Origin: Stegostoma tigrinum
Taxonomy: Eukaryota
Length of the DNA stretch: 64,000 nucleotides
Reading direction: 5' to 3'
Assembly (NCBI RefSeq): GCF_030684315.1
Contig: NC_081355.1
Location: 57,087,909-57,151,908, forward strand
Both the position numbers and the translations under genes were made by a program. Positions 52,243 through 64,000 of the stretch are shown here, piece by piece (position 1 is the stretch's first letter; each line of letters begins with the position of its first letter). The notes beneath the pieces are model-generated. The model did not search any database. It had not been told where the DNA came from and saw only the letters and a list, made by a program, of their open reading frames with translations.

Positions 52243-52400
52243 CAGAGTTAATGTTTCGGGTCTGGTGACCCTTCCTCAGAACAGTGGACCTGAAACGTTA
52301 ACTTTGATTTTTTTTCTACAGATGCTGCCAGACCTGCTGAGCTTCCAGCAACTTCTGTTTTGTTCCTGATTTACAGCATCCGCAGTTCTTTCGGTTTTAA
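52243..52400. mobile_element. Mini Penelope-type element of a third subfamily with short fold-back
   Basis: AGAGTTAATGTTTCGGGTC / GACCTGAAACGTTAACTTTG inverted pair, then CAGATGCTGCCAGACCTGCTGAG...CAGCATCCGCAGTTCTT. Confidence 0.7.
52247..52282 (-). ncRNA. Minimal type I hammerhead ribozyme motif
   Basis: Reverse strand GTT-CTGAGGA-A-GGGTC-ACCA-GACCC-GAAA-CATT-AAC: 3-bp stem I (GTT/AAC), 5-bp stem II, both core boxes intact. Stem III ACAT is probably CpG-decayed from ACGT, which is retained in the sister arm. Confidence 0.65.
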
Positions 52401-53979
52401 TTCCATTAATTTGTTGATATCATGCAAAGGTTCATGCTCACTGCATTTTTCACCATCTTTAATACTCAAAGCCTTAATTTCTAAAGCATTAGTTTGGAAC
52501 TTAAATAGGTAATTTCCAGTATAGTCACTGAAATGTTGAAGCTAATTTGTATATATACAAGTTCCCAAAAACAGCAATGTGTTTACAACCATATGATGGG
52601 TTTTAGCGAAGCTGTTTAAGGCTAAATATTGGTCACAACTCTGGGACTACCTTCATGTCCTTCGCTGAGTGAAGGGTGTTGGTATGTAGTCTGCCTGCTT
52701 TCCTTTCAACTAATTGCTGTCTTACAGTCATGTTTGAGAATGTCTGTTTGAGAACATAGTAGCAGAGGAAGTTGAAAATTAAATAATGGATTAAACTAAT
52801 GAAGTCAACTGTCAGCAGTGTTGTGAGATTTCAGAAGAGGATGGGTGTGTCAAGGTTTGTTTGGTGACAGGGAAACCCTGGATAGTTAATTTGGAAATGT
52901 TTTGTTTCAAACACAATACTTATATGAACATCCTGTTTATAAAATTATTTATTTCAGTAAAATCATCTGTTGGATTATCCAAGTTTGATAAATTCTCTTT
53001 GAATTTAGTTTATTCCTGAAATAGGCTGTCAGCTGCTTGAAGATTATTGTATTTCCTGAAAATATTTATAATCAGTAAGACTCCATGAAAATTATTTCTC
53101 ACTCGTACGTGCAAGAAAAAAAAAACCATGGATCAATCAAACTGTTGGCAATAATCTGCTCCAGACTAATATTAAGCCACAGAGGGAAGAAACCAATTAG
53201 GGGACAAAAGATCAAAATGGCAGCATTCAAATCTCTAAATCACAGTCGAGGGAAAGAAGCAGAAAACAATAAACTGCATTAAAAAAATTAGGAAACTTCA
53301 AGCAACATAAAAAAAAAGTAGTCGTCCTTTCTTTGTATTTATGCACCACACACCTTTGACAGCACTGAGATGTACTGTTCAGGTGAAGTTGGCAGAATTA
53401 ACAGTTGCCTTCATTAGGCAATTTGTCTTAAATACCAAACTAAGAAAAGTTCATGGAGAAAAACAAATATGAACTCAATGATAACAACAAAAAAGATTTT
53501 AACCGAAGTTGCTCTACAGATTTATCTAAAGGAAATAATGTTTACAATTCATTAATTGAGTTCACCTGGTTTGAGGTTTCAATTAAATGAATGACATCAA
53601 ATGTTGAAAAAGACCATCTGCAAATCCATTTAAGGTTGTAAGCATTTATTGAATTTCCATGAAAACAATCTTTAATTGAAATATATGAATTGCTTGAATT
53701 CCATGAAAATATATATATTTCTTACTGAAAGACATTTATGCAATTAGCAAATGCAAGACTTGAAATCAAAGAAGTAAAGATTAAGGCAAAATAGGAGAAA
53801 TTGAGATTGTCTTATTCATTAACGAATTCAAGTTATTTTTTATTTTAAGTAAAAAAACTGTCATTTATGTAAATGCTACAGGGTGAAGACATTTTCAAAA
53901 AATGGGATCTGTACTTTTCTAACTTAGACAACTTAGGCAAATATTTCCCTCAGAGTAATGTTCAACATGAAAAGCAAAG

Positions 53980-54204
53980 GAAATAACAATGGTGATAGCA
54001 AGAACTGCAGATGCTGGAGTCAGAGATAACACAGTGTGGAGCTACAGGAACACAGCAGGCCAGGTAGCATCAGAGAAGCAGGAAAGTTTACGTTTCGGGT
54101 CATTTCTGAAGAAGGGTCTTGACCCGAAATGTCAACTTTCCTGCTCCTCCGAAGCTGCCTGGCCTGCTGTGTTCCTCTAGCTCCACACTATGAAATAACA
54201 ATGG
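53980..54204. mobile_element. Fold-back mini Penelope element with 13-bp TSD
   Basis: GAAATAACAATGG at 53980-53992 and 54192-54204; tail on the left. Plus-strand core CTGAAGA-A-GGGTC-TT-GACCC-GAAA-TGTC at 54106-54133. Confidence 0.87.
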
Positions 54205-54544
54205 AGGCAAGGCTTCTTTCACTTGTCATTAAGGATTCATATCATGCTGATAGTTAACTGATTTACAGATCCAGTGCAAGATAAGAAATAGTACTTGAAG
54301 AATACCACTCTGGAAGACTAAAATAGTGCTCAGAGACAGTATTGACATTCAATGCCATGGTGTGCTAGAACTAAGTCATTAAGGTCGTAAAATACAAAAC
54401 TGTAAATACTAGAAATTTAAAACAAAATGCAATTGGAACCTAAAGCAAGTCTGTCAGAATCTCATAATACAAGACAAGTAAACATTTTAGATAATGACCT
54501 ATAGAAAAGGTTTGAACTCAAAATAATTATTTGTCTACTCACTT

Positions 54545-55192
54545 TGTAACATTCTCGGCTTTTGAGCCAGAAGTCTGAGTGGGAATCCCACTCAAAAGTT
54601 TGAACACATTAACCTAGCTGACTCATCAGTGCAGTACAGAGGGAGAGTGGATCTGTAGGAAGTCCATTCTTTTTGTTGAAATGTTAAACGCTGCCCCATT
54701 TGCCTACTTAGAGTCATAGAGTAATACAGCATGGAAACAGACTCTTTACATCAATCAGTCCAAGCCAAACATAACCCCAAATAAAACTAGTCCCACCTGT
54801 CTGTGCTTGGCCCATAACCCTCCAAGCAGTTCTTATTCATGTACTTATCTAAATGACTTTTAAACAATGTATCTGTACCCACATCCACCAACTCATCTGG
54901 AAGCTCATTCTCCACTAGCCAATCTGCAAAAAAAATTGCCCCTCATGTCCTTTGTAAATCTTTATCTTCTCACCGTAAAAATATGCCCCCGAGTCTTGAA
55001 AAGCCCTACCCTAGGGAAGGCACCTGCCATTCACCTTAACTGTGGCCCTCATGATTTCAAAAACCTCTATAAGTTCACCCCTCAACCTCAGGGAGGAGCA
55101 AAAAAATCTCATGGCACTATTTTGTAGCTGTTATTCCAAATACGCTGGTCAATATTCATCCTTCAATTAATATCATATAAAATCACAGATAA
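54545..55192 (+). mobile_element. Deu-type SINE (AmnSINE1/SacSINE1-like) split by a minus-strand CR1 3' end (54710-55090)
   Basis: GCTGACTCATCAGTGCAGTACAGAGGGAG...ATGTTAAAC before the insert and AAAAATCTCATGGCACTATTT...GGTCAATATTCATCC after it. Insert begins AGAGTCATAGAG..ACAGCATGGAAACAGAC. Confidence 0.65.
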
Positions 55193-56011
55193 ATGTTGAA
55201 ATCCTGCAGTGTCCAAACTGAACGAATCTCAAGGGCTCACATCTCAATAAATTATTTGCAGAATATCGCTTTTTTTCTGCCTCAGAGTATAGCATTATGG
55301 AGTCCTGTTGACACGTGATCACACACTTAAACCAGGTTTGATGTTTCGTCTTTTGGCATGATATAACTGAGAACTAAGGATCAGAAGATACTGGAGCCTA
55401 AATCAGGAATGGAACAGGTAGGAGAGGGTACAATTTTGACTTTGTAGGTAAGATAGCATGACACAGAAACTCTAGTGAGTACGTCTTGTTATCAGTTTAT
55501 GGTTGATGCATACAACAGCCTCCATTGTACATGAAGAATAGGAAACTTGCTTGTATCCTGAAACAGATTCCAGAATTTTGAACAAATCACTGTGTAGTTT
55601 TTGCTTTTCTATTTTTGATTTAGTTAAAAAACAAAACAGGAATTAGCAACAGCTTCACAGTGAATCAATAGTTCAAATGATTTCCACTTATTTCATACAA
55701 GTATAAAATGACAGTTTATTAAACATTCCAAGATGACCACAAAGCTGTAAATAACTTAATTAAATGATCATAAATTCACATATTGAGCATAGATGGCCTT
55801 CAAATTAGGAGGGGGGATAGTTGGTTAATAATCTTATTCAAACATCCCCTGTAATAATCCAACATCATAACTAAAATTCTAATCATTACATAATATTCAC
55901 AAAACAGCAGTTTTTAAAATCTTGGTAAAATTTTACTCAAATAATCCATGTTCCCAAATGCTTCTCCATAAATTACCACTGGTCTAATGGAATAATAAAT
56001 AGTACTCTGTA

Positions 56012-56364
56012 TTTTTTTTCTTTATTCATTCACAGAATGAGGGCATCGCTGGCGAGACAGCATTTATTGCCCATCCCTAATTGCCTAGAGGGCAGTTCAG
56101 AGTGAACCACATTGATTGGAGTCACTTGTAGGCCAGACCAGGCAAGGATAACAGTTTCTTTCCCAAAAGGACATTAGTGAACCAGATGGATTTTTCCTGA
56201 CAACCAGCAACAGGTTTATGGTCATCATTAGACTCTTAATTCGATATTTACTGAATTCAGTTCTGCTATCTGCCTTGGCAGGATTTGAACCCAGGTCCCC
56301 AGAACATTATCTGGGTCTCTGGATTAACAGTCCAGTAATAATACCACTAGGCCATCACCTCCCC
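56012..56364 (-). mobile_element. Full-length tRNA-derived SINE (same family as 27735)
   Basis: Reverse strand GGGGAGGTGATGGCCTAGTGG...GGGTTCAAATCC (good A and B boxes), CTGGTTCACTAATGTCC core, GGGATGGGCAATAAATGCTG tail. Confidence 0.85.
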
Positions 56365-56529
56365 TAATTTTCTGTCATTATGAAATAGTGACAAAGAGCT
56401 TAGAAGCAGCAACAGCCTTGATCGTAATTTTAAGGTGTGGAAATAGATTATTTTTACTGCATTTAATAAATGATAAAGGTGGACCGAGCAGAACCGTATA
56501 CTCATTTAAATGGTCATTTAAAAAAATAC

Positions 56530-58680
56530 AGTCACAGGATATAGGTATCACTGGCTTGGCCAGCACTTATTGTCCATCCCTAATGGACTTTTAGAAGTGA
56601 TGAACCACCTTTTTGAATCACTGCAGTTCATGTGGTGTAGACACATTAAGACTGTTAGGAGGAAAGGCAGTGCTAGGATTCTGACCTAGTGAGAGTGAAG
56701 GAATTCCTGACTCAGGATGGTGCACAGCTTCAATGACAACTTGCACGTTGTAGTGTTCCCAATCACTTGCTGTCCATGCACTTCCTTCTAGATGGTAAAG
56801 ATTGTAAATTTGGAAGGTGGTATCAAAACAACCTTGGTGAGTTGCTGCAGTACACGTTTTTGATGACACATGTTGCCATCACTGTGTGTTGATGGTAGAG
56901 GGACTGTTTGCTTAAGACGGTGAATGTCAATCAAATCGCTGCTGTATCCTGGATATCAATAGGTTTCTTCAGTGTTGTAGGATCTGCACTCATTCAGGCA
57001 AGTGCACTGCACCCCTTCACACTGTGGACTTGTGCTTTGCAGATGGTATACAGCTCAGTGGAGTTGGGAATCAATGACACATCACAGAATTGCCAGCTTC
57101 TGACCTGCTGTTGTAGCCACAGTTTTTATATGGTTACTCAAACCTCAGGATGCTGACAGTGAAGAATTCAGAGATTGTAATGTAATTGAATGTCATGGGG
57201 AATAGATTCTCTCTTAGAATCACTACAGTACAGAGAGAGACCATGTGGTCCTTCAAGTCTGCAATGATCCTCGAAACAGTATCCCATTCAATCCCCATAG
57301 GCCTGCACATACCATGGCTAACTCATGTAAACTGCAATCCTCTGCACACTATAGAACAATTCAGCATGGCCAATCCAGCTAAACTGCACACCTGGAATGT
57401 GGGAGGAAATCAGAGCACCTGGTGAAAAGCCGGTATTCATGGGGAGAATGTTCAAACCCCACAGAGCCTAAGGATGGAAGTGAATCTGGGTCCCTGGGGT
57501 TGTGAGTCAGCAGTGCTAACCACTGAGCCACCATGCTGCTCTCTCTTGTTGGAGATGGACCTGTTCTGGAAATTGTATGATACAAATGTTAGTTGCCATT
57601 TAAGCCTGAATATAGAGTATCTCTTACTGCATACAGGTGTACTTCAGTACTGAGGACTCTCAAACTACTGTATATTGTACAATAGTCAGCAAAATTCCCC
57701 ACTTCTGACCTTCTGATGGAAGGAAGGTCATTGATGAAGCAGCTGAAGATGGTTGTGGATCAATGTCCCTGAATTTGAGATGCCTGACTTCTGACAACCA
57801 CAAGCATTTTCATTTGTGCTAAGTATGCCTCCAACCTGTGGAGAGTTCTCCCCTAATTCCCATTAACTCCAGATTTGCTAGCACTCCTTGACACCACACT
57901 CAAGCAAATGCTGCCTTGACATCAAGATCAGTCACTTGCAACTTACCTTGGAGTTCAGCTCTTTCATCCATATTTGGACAAAGGATATACAATGAAGCTG
58001 AGAGTTGAGTGACCCCAGCAGGCTCCAACTGAGCAGCGAATTTATTGTTGAAAAGTTGTTAGCACTCTTGATGACTCCTTCCATCACCTTGCAGATGATC
58101 AGGAGTAGATGGGTCAGCAATTGGCTGGTTTGGATTTGTTCTGTTTTGTGGATAGGACATTCCCCAGCAACTTTCCACATTGTTGTGTAGATGTCAATAT
58201 TGCAACTGCACTGGAACAGCTCGGTGAGGAGTATGATTAGTCCTAGACTGAAAGCATTCAATAGCATTCAGTGAAATATTATCAGAACCCATGGACTTTG
58301 CAATATCCCATGTCTTCTGCTATTTGCTGACATTTCAATCAAATTAGCTGAACATTGGCATCTGCAATGCTGAGGACCTAGGAGAAGACAGCTCTGGACC
58401 AACCACTCAACATTCCTACCTGAAAGTAGTTGTAAATACTTCAGGCTTGTCTCCTGCATTCACATTCTGCTCCCCCCCGCCTCCATTAATGATGAAGATG
58501 ATTAGATTTGATCCATTGATTGTAGGATACTTATTCTGGGTAATTCCAAACAGCTTCCAATGTTTGGCACGCAAACAGTGCACAGCTTGAGTTGTACCTT
58601 CATCAAGTTGACACCTCTTTTAAGTTCACTTGGTTTTGCTTCTGGCATGCACTTAAGTCTTCTTCACTGAAGGGGTGATT
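56530..58680 (-). mobile_element. Decayed CR1/L2-group LINE with an HE1-like SINE inserted at 57216-57539
   Basis: ORF 57932-58267 gives decayed RT (MWKVA...PIHK...IICKVMEGVI). SINE flanked by TCTCTCTT at 57208-57215 and 57540-57547. Confidence 0.72.
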
Positions 58681-58729
58681 CTTCTGACAACTTCAGCTGC
58701 TTCATCAATGACCTTCCTTCCAGCACAAG

Positions 58730-59315
58730 ATCAGCTGTATGTGACTTTAGTTCAGCCAACTTTGAGTACTGCGTGCAGTTCTAGTCGTCACACTGTAGAA
58801 AGGATGTGGTGGCTTTGGAGAGGCTGCAAAAGAGGTTTACCAGGATGTTGCCTGGATCAGAGTGTTTTCACTATAAGGAGAGATTGGGCAAACTTGGATT
58901 GCTTTCACTACAGCATAGGAGGCTGAGGGGCAACCTAACAGAAGTATAAAAAAATGAGGGACATGTATAGGATAGATGGTTGGTGTCTCCTCCCCCCTCC
59001 CCACCTCCCCGACAAAGATGGAAATGTCATATACTGGAGGCTTTAAGGTGAGAGTGGAGAAGTTTAAAGGAGATGTGTGAGGAAGGTATTTTACACAGTG
59101 GGTGATAGATACCTGTAATGTGCTGCCAGAAGAAATTTTGGAAGCAGATAGGATGGCAATGTTTAAAGGCATTTGGACAGACACATGAATAGGTAGGGAA
59201 TACAGGGATATGGACCATGTGCAGGAGGATGGGATTAGTTTAGAATGGTATCATGGTCAGCACAGGCATGTTGGCTGTTGGGCGAATTCCTGTACTGTAC
59301 TGTTCTATGCTCTAT
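58730..59315 (+). mobile_element. CR1 3' end
   Basis: TTGAGTACTGCGTGCAGTTCT (LEYCVQF), GGAGGCTGAGGGG.AACCT, tail CTGTACTGTTCTATGCTCTAT. Confidence 0.8.
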
Positions 59316-62299
59316 AATACCATTCTAATAGTAACATGGGGGACTTGCTGGACCAGGTAGATTCTGGTAGGATACAATTCTGCTAGGATACAATTCTGCT
59401 GGAGCTGATAGTCCACAGTGCTCATGAACGTCCAGTTTTGAGATGCAATATCTGTTCAAAATCTGTCCCATGCAGCAGTGATAAACTATATGATACACTT
59501 TAAAGGTGCCCTAAGTGTGAAGATGGAGGTTTAGCAATACAAAAACTCGCAACTTCCTTCTACTCATAACTTTTCCTTTGCAATTTTTTCTTGTTTCTGT
59601 TCCCTGTTTTGGACTTTATTAAGACACAAAGGTATTTAACCGACTGGCCTGATGAACCCACTTTTACAACTTACCCTGTAAAGCCTATTTTGTACAGGTT
59701 CAAGGGAAGATCCAAGATAGCGCTTGACTTTGTGAAGTACAAAATGAATGAAATGAATCAGCGACTCATTCTATATCTCTAATTTTTGTTGCATTCATAA
59801 CAAGCAATCTGCTACGTTGCTACACTACTGTCAGTGACCATTCATGTTAAGTCAGAGCTCACTTTTTCAGTCTTGAACCTACTGTTGCACATTGTTTTTC
59901 AATACAAGAACATCCTAGAATGACTTGTAGCAATGTAGTGCAGTAAAACAGCACTGAGAAAGGAGCTTAGATTATGCACTATTTCATCACTTGCCATGAC
60001 ATTTAATATCCTTCAATATGAGAGATGTGTAATCCTGAAAATCTGGAGATCCTCAACTTTCGAGCCACAGCTTGTGGGGCAAAACAGTGAGGCAATGTGC
60101 AGAAACTTGACAAGAGAAGACGAGGTTTACATGGAAGCATTTGATTGTGCATTGAAACTTCAAAACATACATTTGCCCACAACACACTTTCTCAATAAAG
60201 TTAATGGTATTCGTCAGGCAGTGTCACCTTCTAAATCCATGTTCAGAAGTCATGCAACACCAAGATATAGTCCAACAGATTTATTTAAAATCACAAGCTT
60301 TTGGAGGACTGCTCCTTCGTTAGGTGAAGTGATGTTGACTGCTATTTATTATCATGGACCAGCTCAGGGGGTGATTTAGAAGTATGTCTCCAAAGATTTA
60401 AATGCAAGTTAGGCTGGCACAACAGTGCAGTAATGATAGAGCGCTGCACACTTTGGTGTATTTTTAGTTGAAACTTTAAACCATAATTATGTCTGCTCTC
60501 CACAGCACAATGAAAACAGCTTGGGAATTCTCTTAAGGCAATTGCTATCCTTAATGAGCACCTAAAACATACAGCATGACAATCAAGTTCATTATGTCCT
60601 TGCTGTCTGCATTTTGCTTGCTGCACTCCCAATCCAATTTCTATCAAATTCATTAATTCTACACAGATGTATGATGGACATGTTGCTTGTCTAATCTTGT
60701 CAACAACTGGAGAATGTTATGATTCAGTATCAATTAAATATCATCCACTGTTTCAGCTTCTTTTACAGTTTGCAGTTGTGTTGGCTCTACAGCTATAATC
60801 TTTCTCAAGTCACTTTCGGCACTCTTGACTGTTGTTTCAGCAAGTCTCTACTGATCCATGAGCTTCATGTTCCTGCTGAATGATTACAGGTGCTATTCTT
60901 TGTTTCTCTTTTTGTTCATTCATTATTGATCCATGTTTATTTCATTTACGCTTGATGTTTCTATATACATATTAATTAAAACTTACAAGATTATGCCTTT
61001 TTATATAAGTTTGTAATAATGTTTTGTTCAACAGTAAAGTGACAATAAATTTTCTTGAGTTACTCCATCACTTCTATGAAGTTATTCCTTTTAAAATTAC
61101 GTGCCTGGCTTTTGGTTTGTAATATTTATGAATCTTCAGTCACAATGTAGGAATTACATAGGATTTACACCATAAACAGCTCATAATGTTGCTTCTCCCA
61201 CATTATTTAATCAACAGCAGAACTCTATTTCCTTTAATTTGCAATATGCCATGCCTTCAGCTGCTACCTGACATCAAATACAGTGAACTGAGTTGGCAGA
61301 AGACTAACACCTGGCATACTGGGAACTTCAGGAGGAAGCAGAAATGGATCATCCATCAACACTTCTGACTGAAGATGGCTGCGAATGATCCAGTCTCATC
61401 TTTGAACTGATGTGTTAGATCCCTTTGACATGGGCACTCTTTTGGAGTTTCCACTTTCAGTAGGTTATTTAATAGTCCACACCATTCATAACTCAATAAA
61501 GTGGGACCTATTTAAATTCTTATGATGAGGAACATGTGGCTTCGTTATTCTATCAAAATGCAAAACCTCACATTCAGTTGTTTAGAAAACTCATTTACTT
61601 TGTAAGTTAAATAGTTTGCAAGTTTGTTACGATTTTTCTTTTTCTTGCAGTCTCACACAACACTATACCCCAAATTGACAGCATCTGCCAAATGTGGTAC
61701 AGCTCTTCTAATTTTCGAGTGTAAATCATTGATGTAAATATTGCACAAAGGACCAATTGCTGTGAAACACCAATTCCCATCTCCCACAAAGTGAGCAACT
61801 GCTCTTTACCCTTATCTCTCGTTTTGTGTTTTGTCAATTTTGCTGCTTGGCCTCGAAGTTCACATGCCTGGATCTGAGTCTTAAGTCTTATTCTTATCAC
61901 AAGCCTTGACCAAAGTAGAGTAAAGGTGATCCTTTCTGAGACAGGGGCTACAAAGACCAGGCTTCCCTAAATCTTGACTAGCACTCAGTTCTGTTCACCT
62001 AAGCACCTCGTATCTCCTAATCCAAAGGGGTTGTCAGTCAAATTCCTCTATGGCTTTGTCCCTCCTGACCTTTTATAAACCCATACAGTCCTACAAAACT
62101 TCTCAATAACATGTTTCCCTAATTCTGCTTTCTTAGTATAGTTGATTTCCCATAAATCAAGAGTTTAAGTCTTTAGAAGTCATGAAACAACATTCAAGAT
62201 TTTGAAACTGAGTGAACAGAATCAAACTACTTTTTGCAATGAATCATTTGATAAACTTTAAAAAAATCGTCATTCTTTCAGTCTTTGCTATGAGGAATC

Positions 62300-63110
62300 A
62301 GTTGTGTAGAACCACAGAATGACACTGGAAGAGGTTATTCAGCCCATTCTTCTTGTGCTGAATCTTTGGTAAAGTTATCCAATTAATCTGGTTCCTATAT
62401 CCTTTTCCTGTAGCCCTTCAACCGTCGTTTTACTGAGCAATTGCTCTTTGCTGAATGCTCTCATACCCTTTTTAGTGCTGCAGCCAAACACAGAGCTCTC
62501 AGTGTGAGCAGGCATTTCATCATGTCACATCTGGCTCTTCAGTTCACTTTAAATTTCTGTCAGAGGTCTTATAGTTCGGAAAGAGGTTCTTTGGTCCATT
62601 TTGACCACATCAGTCATCAAAAATCCATTTATTCTCATTGAATTTTTCCATTTAGCCTTTACCCTTACAAGGCTATGGCATCTCAAGCACTCAGTTCTTA
62701 AATGCTTTTAGGGTTCCTACCTCTCCATTCTTACAGGCAGTGAGTTCCAGATAACCACAATCCTCTGGGTGAAAATTGTTTTCCTCAAATACCTTCTAAA
62801 CTTTCGTCTCCTTATCTTAAAATGATACCCCCTTGTTAATGACTCCTCTACTAAGGGGTCCCTATCTATGCCCCTCAGAACTCTGTACATCTCAATTTGA
62901 TATCTGGTCAGCCTTCTCTGTTCTAAGGAAAATAATTCCAGCACACCCAGACGCTCTACAAAGCAGAATCATTCCAGCCCACGCAACATCCTCGTGAAAC
63001 ATTTTTGCATTGTCTCATGTGCAACCAAATGCTTCCTACAGTGGGGCAATATGGCCTATGCAATGTCATACACAACTCCTTGCTACTGCATTCAATGCTT
63101 CAACTAATAC
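62300..63110 (-). mobile_element. CR1 3' fragments
   Basis: ORF 62717-62944 (LELFSLEQRRL...IEMY..L.GID...TRGYHFKI...FTQRIVVIWNSLP). Confidence 0.75.
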
Positions 63111-63429
63111 AGGCAAGGGACTATAAGTGCAATTCAAATTTCACCTGTTGCTGTGATAGGATGTGAATCCCTGCATCAACAGCATTAACCTGAGCCTCTA
63201 GCCTACTGATTTCGGGGCATTGCTAGTATACCACCATCACACATTAGTAAACGGAATGTGACCATCAGACTCTTATTCCAGATTTTTATTGTGTGGTGGG
63301 ATTCAAACCTAAGTGTCTGAAAGATTACCTAGGTCTTTGGATTACAGCGACAATATCACTATGCCGTTTCCACTTCCTGCTAATTTGTCCTCTGGTTATT
63401 AACACTTCTTTCACTGGAAACAACTACCT

Positions 63430-64000
63430 CTCATGTTCACACCACACAAGTACCAGACAATAACCATCTTCAACAAGACTGAATCTAAGCACCTTCTCTT
63501 GACATTCAGTGGTATCACTGTTGTTGAATTCCCCACTAGCAATATTCTAGGGGTTACCATTGGCCAAAAACTGAACTGAATCAGCCATACAAATACTGTG
63601 GTTGAAACAGCAGGTCAGAGGCTAGCAACTCTGTAGAGAATAACTGTGTCTCCAGTGTCTGTCTACAATCTAGAAGATAACAAGTTAGGAGTGTATTGGA
63701 ATACTCTCCCCTTGCCTGAATGAATGCAGTTCCAACGATACTCAAAAGGCTTGACTCCTTCCAGGACAAAACAGCTTGCTTGATTTCGCATTCCAATTAG
63801 CACCTTCAACATTCACTGCATTTACCACTGACAGAGTGGTAGCAGTATGTACCAACCATAAAATGCTCTGCAGCTACTCACAGGCTCCTTTAGAGCACCT
63901 TCCAAATCTGCAACTTTACCACCTTTAGGGATAAGGGAACAGAGACAATGGAACACCAGGCAACTCACCAGCCTTACTTGGAACAATATTGTTATTTCTT
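63430..64000 (+). mobile_element. CR1/L2-group LINE 3' portion running off the window
   Basis: Paralogous to 50520-51560 (GGGGTTACCATTG..CA.AAACTGAACTG, GGAATACTCTCCCCTTGCCTG). Confidence 0.7.

Noticed and set aside
19258-54204. Recurrent ~30-nt motifs as a CRISPR array, or the hairpins as classical DNA-transposon MITEs
   Set aside because: Eukaryotic context with no regular repeat-spacer period. TSDs are long and variable, arms are asymmetric, and the sequence equals the 3' end of a Penelope retroelement.
59368-59399. 16-bp tandem duplication TAGGATACAATTCTGC x2
   Set aside because: Simple local duplication inside a decayed LINE fragment.

Overview
AT-rich, repeat-dense eukaryotic DNA. The repeat repertoire (CR1 LINEs, HE1-like V-SINEs, Deu-type SINEs, Neptune-type Penelope elements, Rex1) suggests a cartilaginous fish (shark); this is inference. 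The window lies inside a minus-strand gene that best fits SKAP2. Two phase-compatible coding exons are visible (31764-31681 and 23245-23121), and the second encodes the first part of the C-terminal SH3 domain. The rest is intron filled with retroelement debris, plus a TE-poor zone (~24.6-33 kb and 35-36.7 kb) holding clustered developmental TF motifs (DR2 RARE, DR1, GATA, PBX-MEIS decamer). SKAP2 is the conserved neighbour of the HoxA cluster in other jawed vertebrates. The most striking non-coding structure is a recurrent family of tiny, non-coding fold-back elements made only of Penelope pseudo-LTR sequence. Each has an inverted arm, a forward arm, usually a ~36-nt tail on one side and often an 8-15 bp target-site duplication. 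Each carries a minimal type I hammerhead-ribozyme core (CTGANGA-A-stem II-GAAAC/TGTC), and one is a 227-bp-arm composite palindrome built from two subfamilies. Two decayed protein-coding Penelope copies with the same 3' end are the likely partner family. Coordinates of old repeats are approximate, read by eye.
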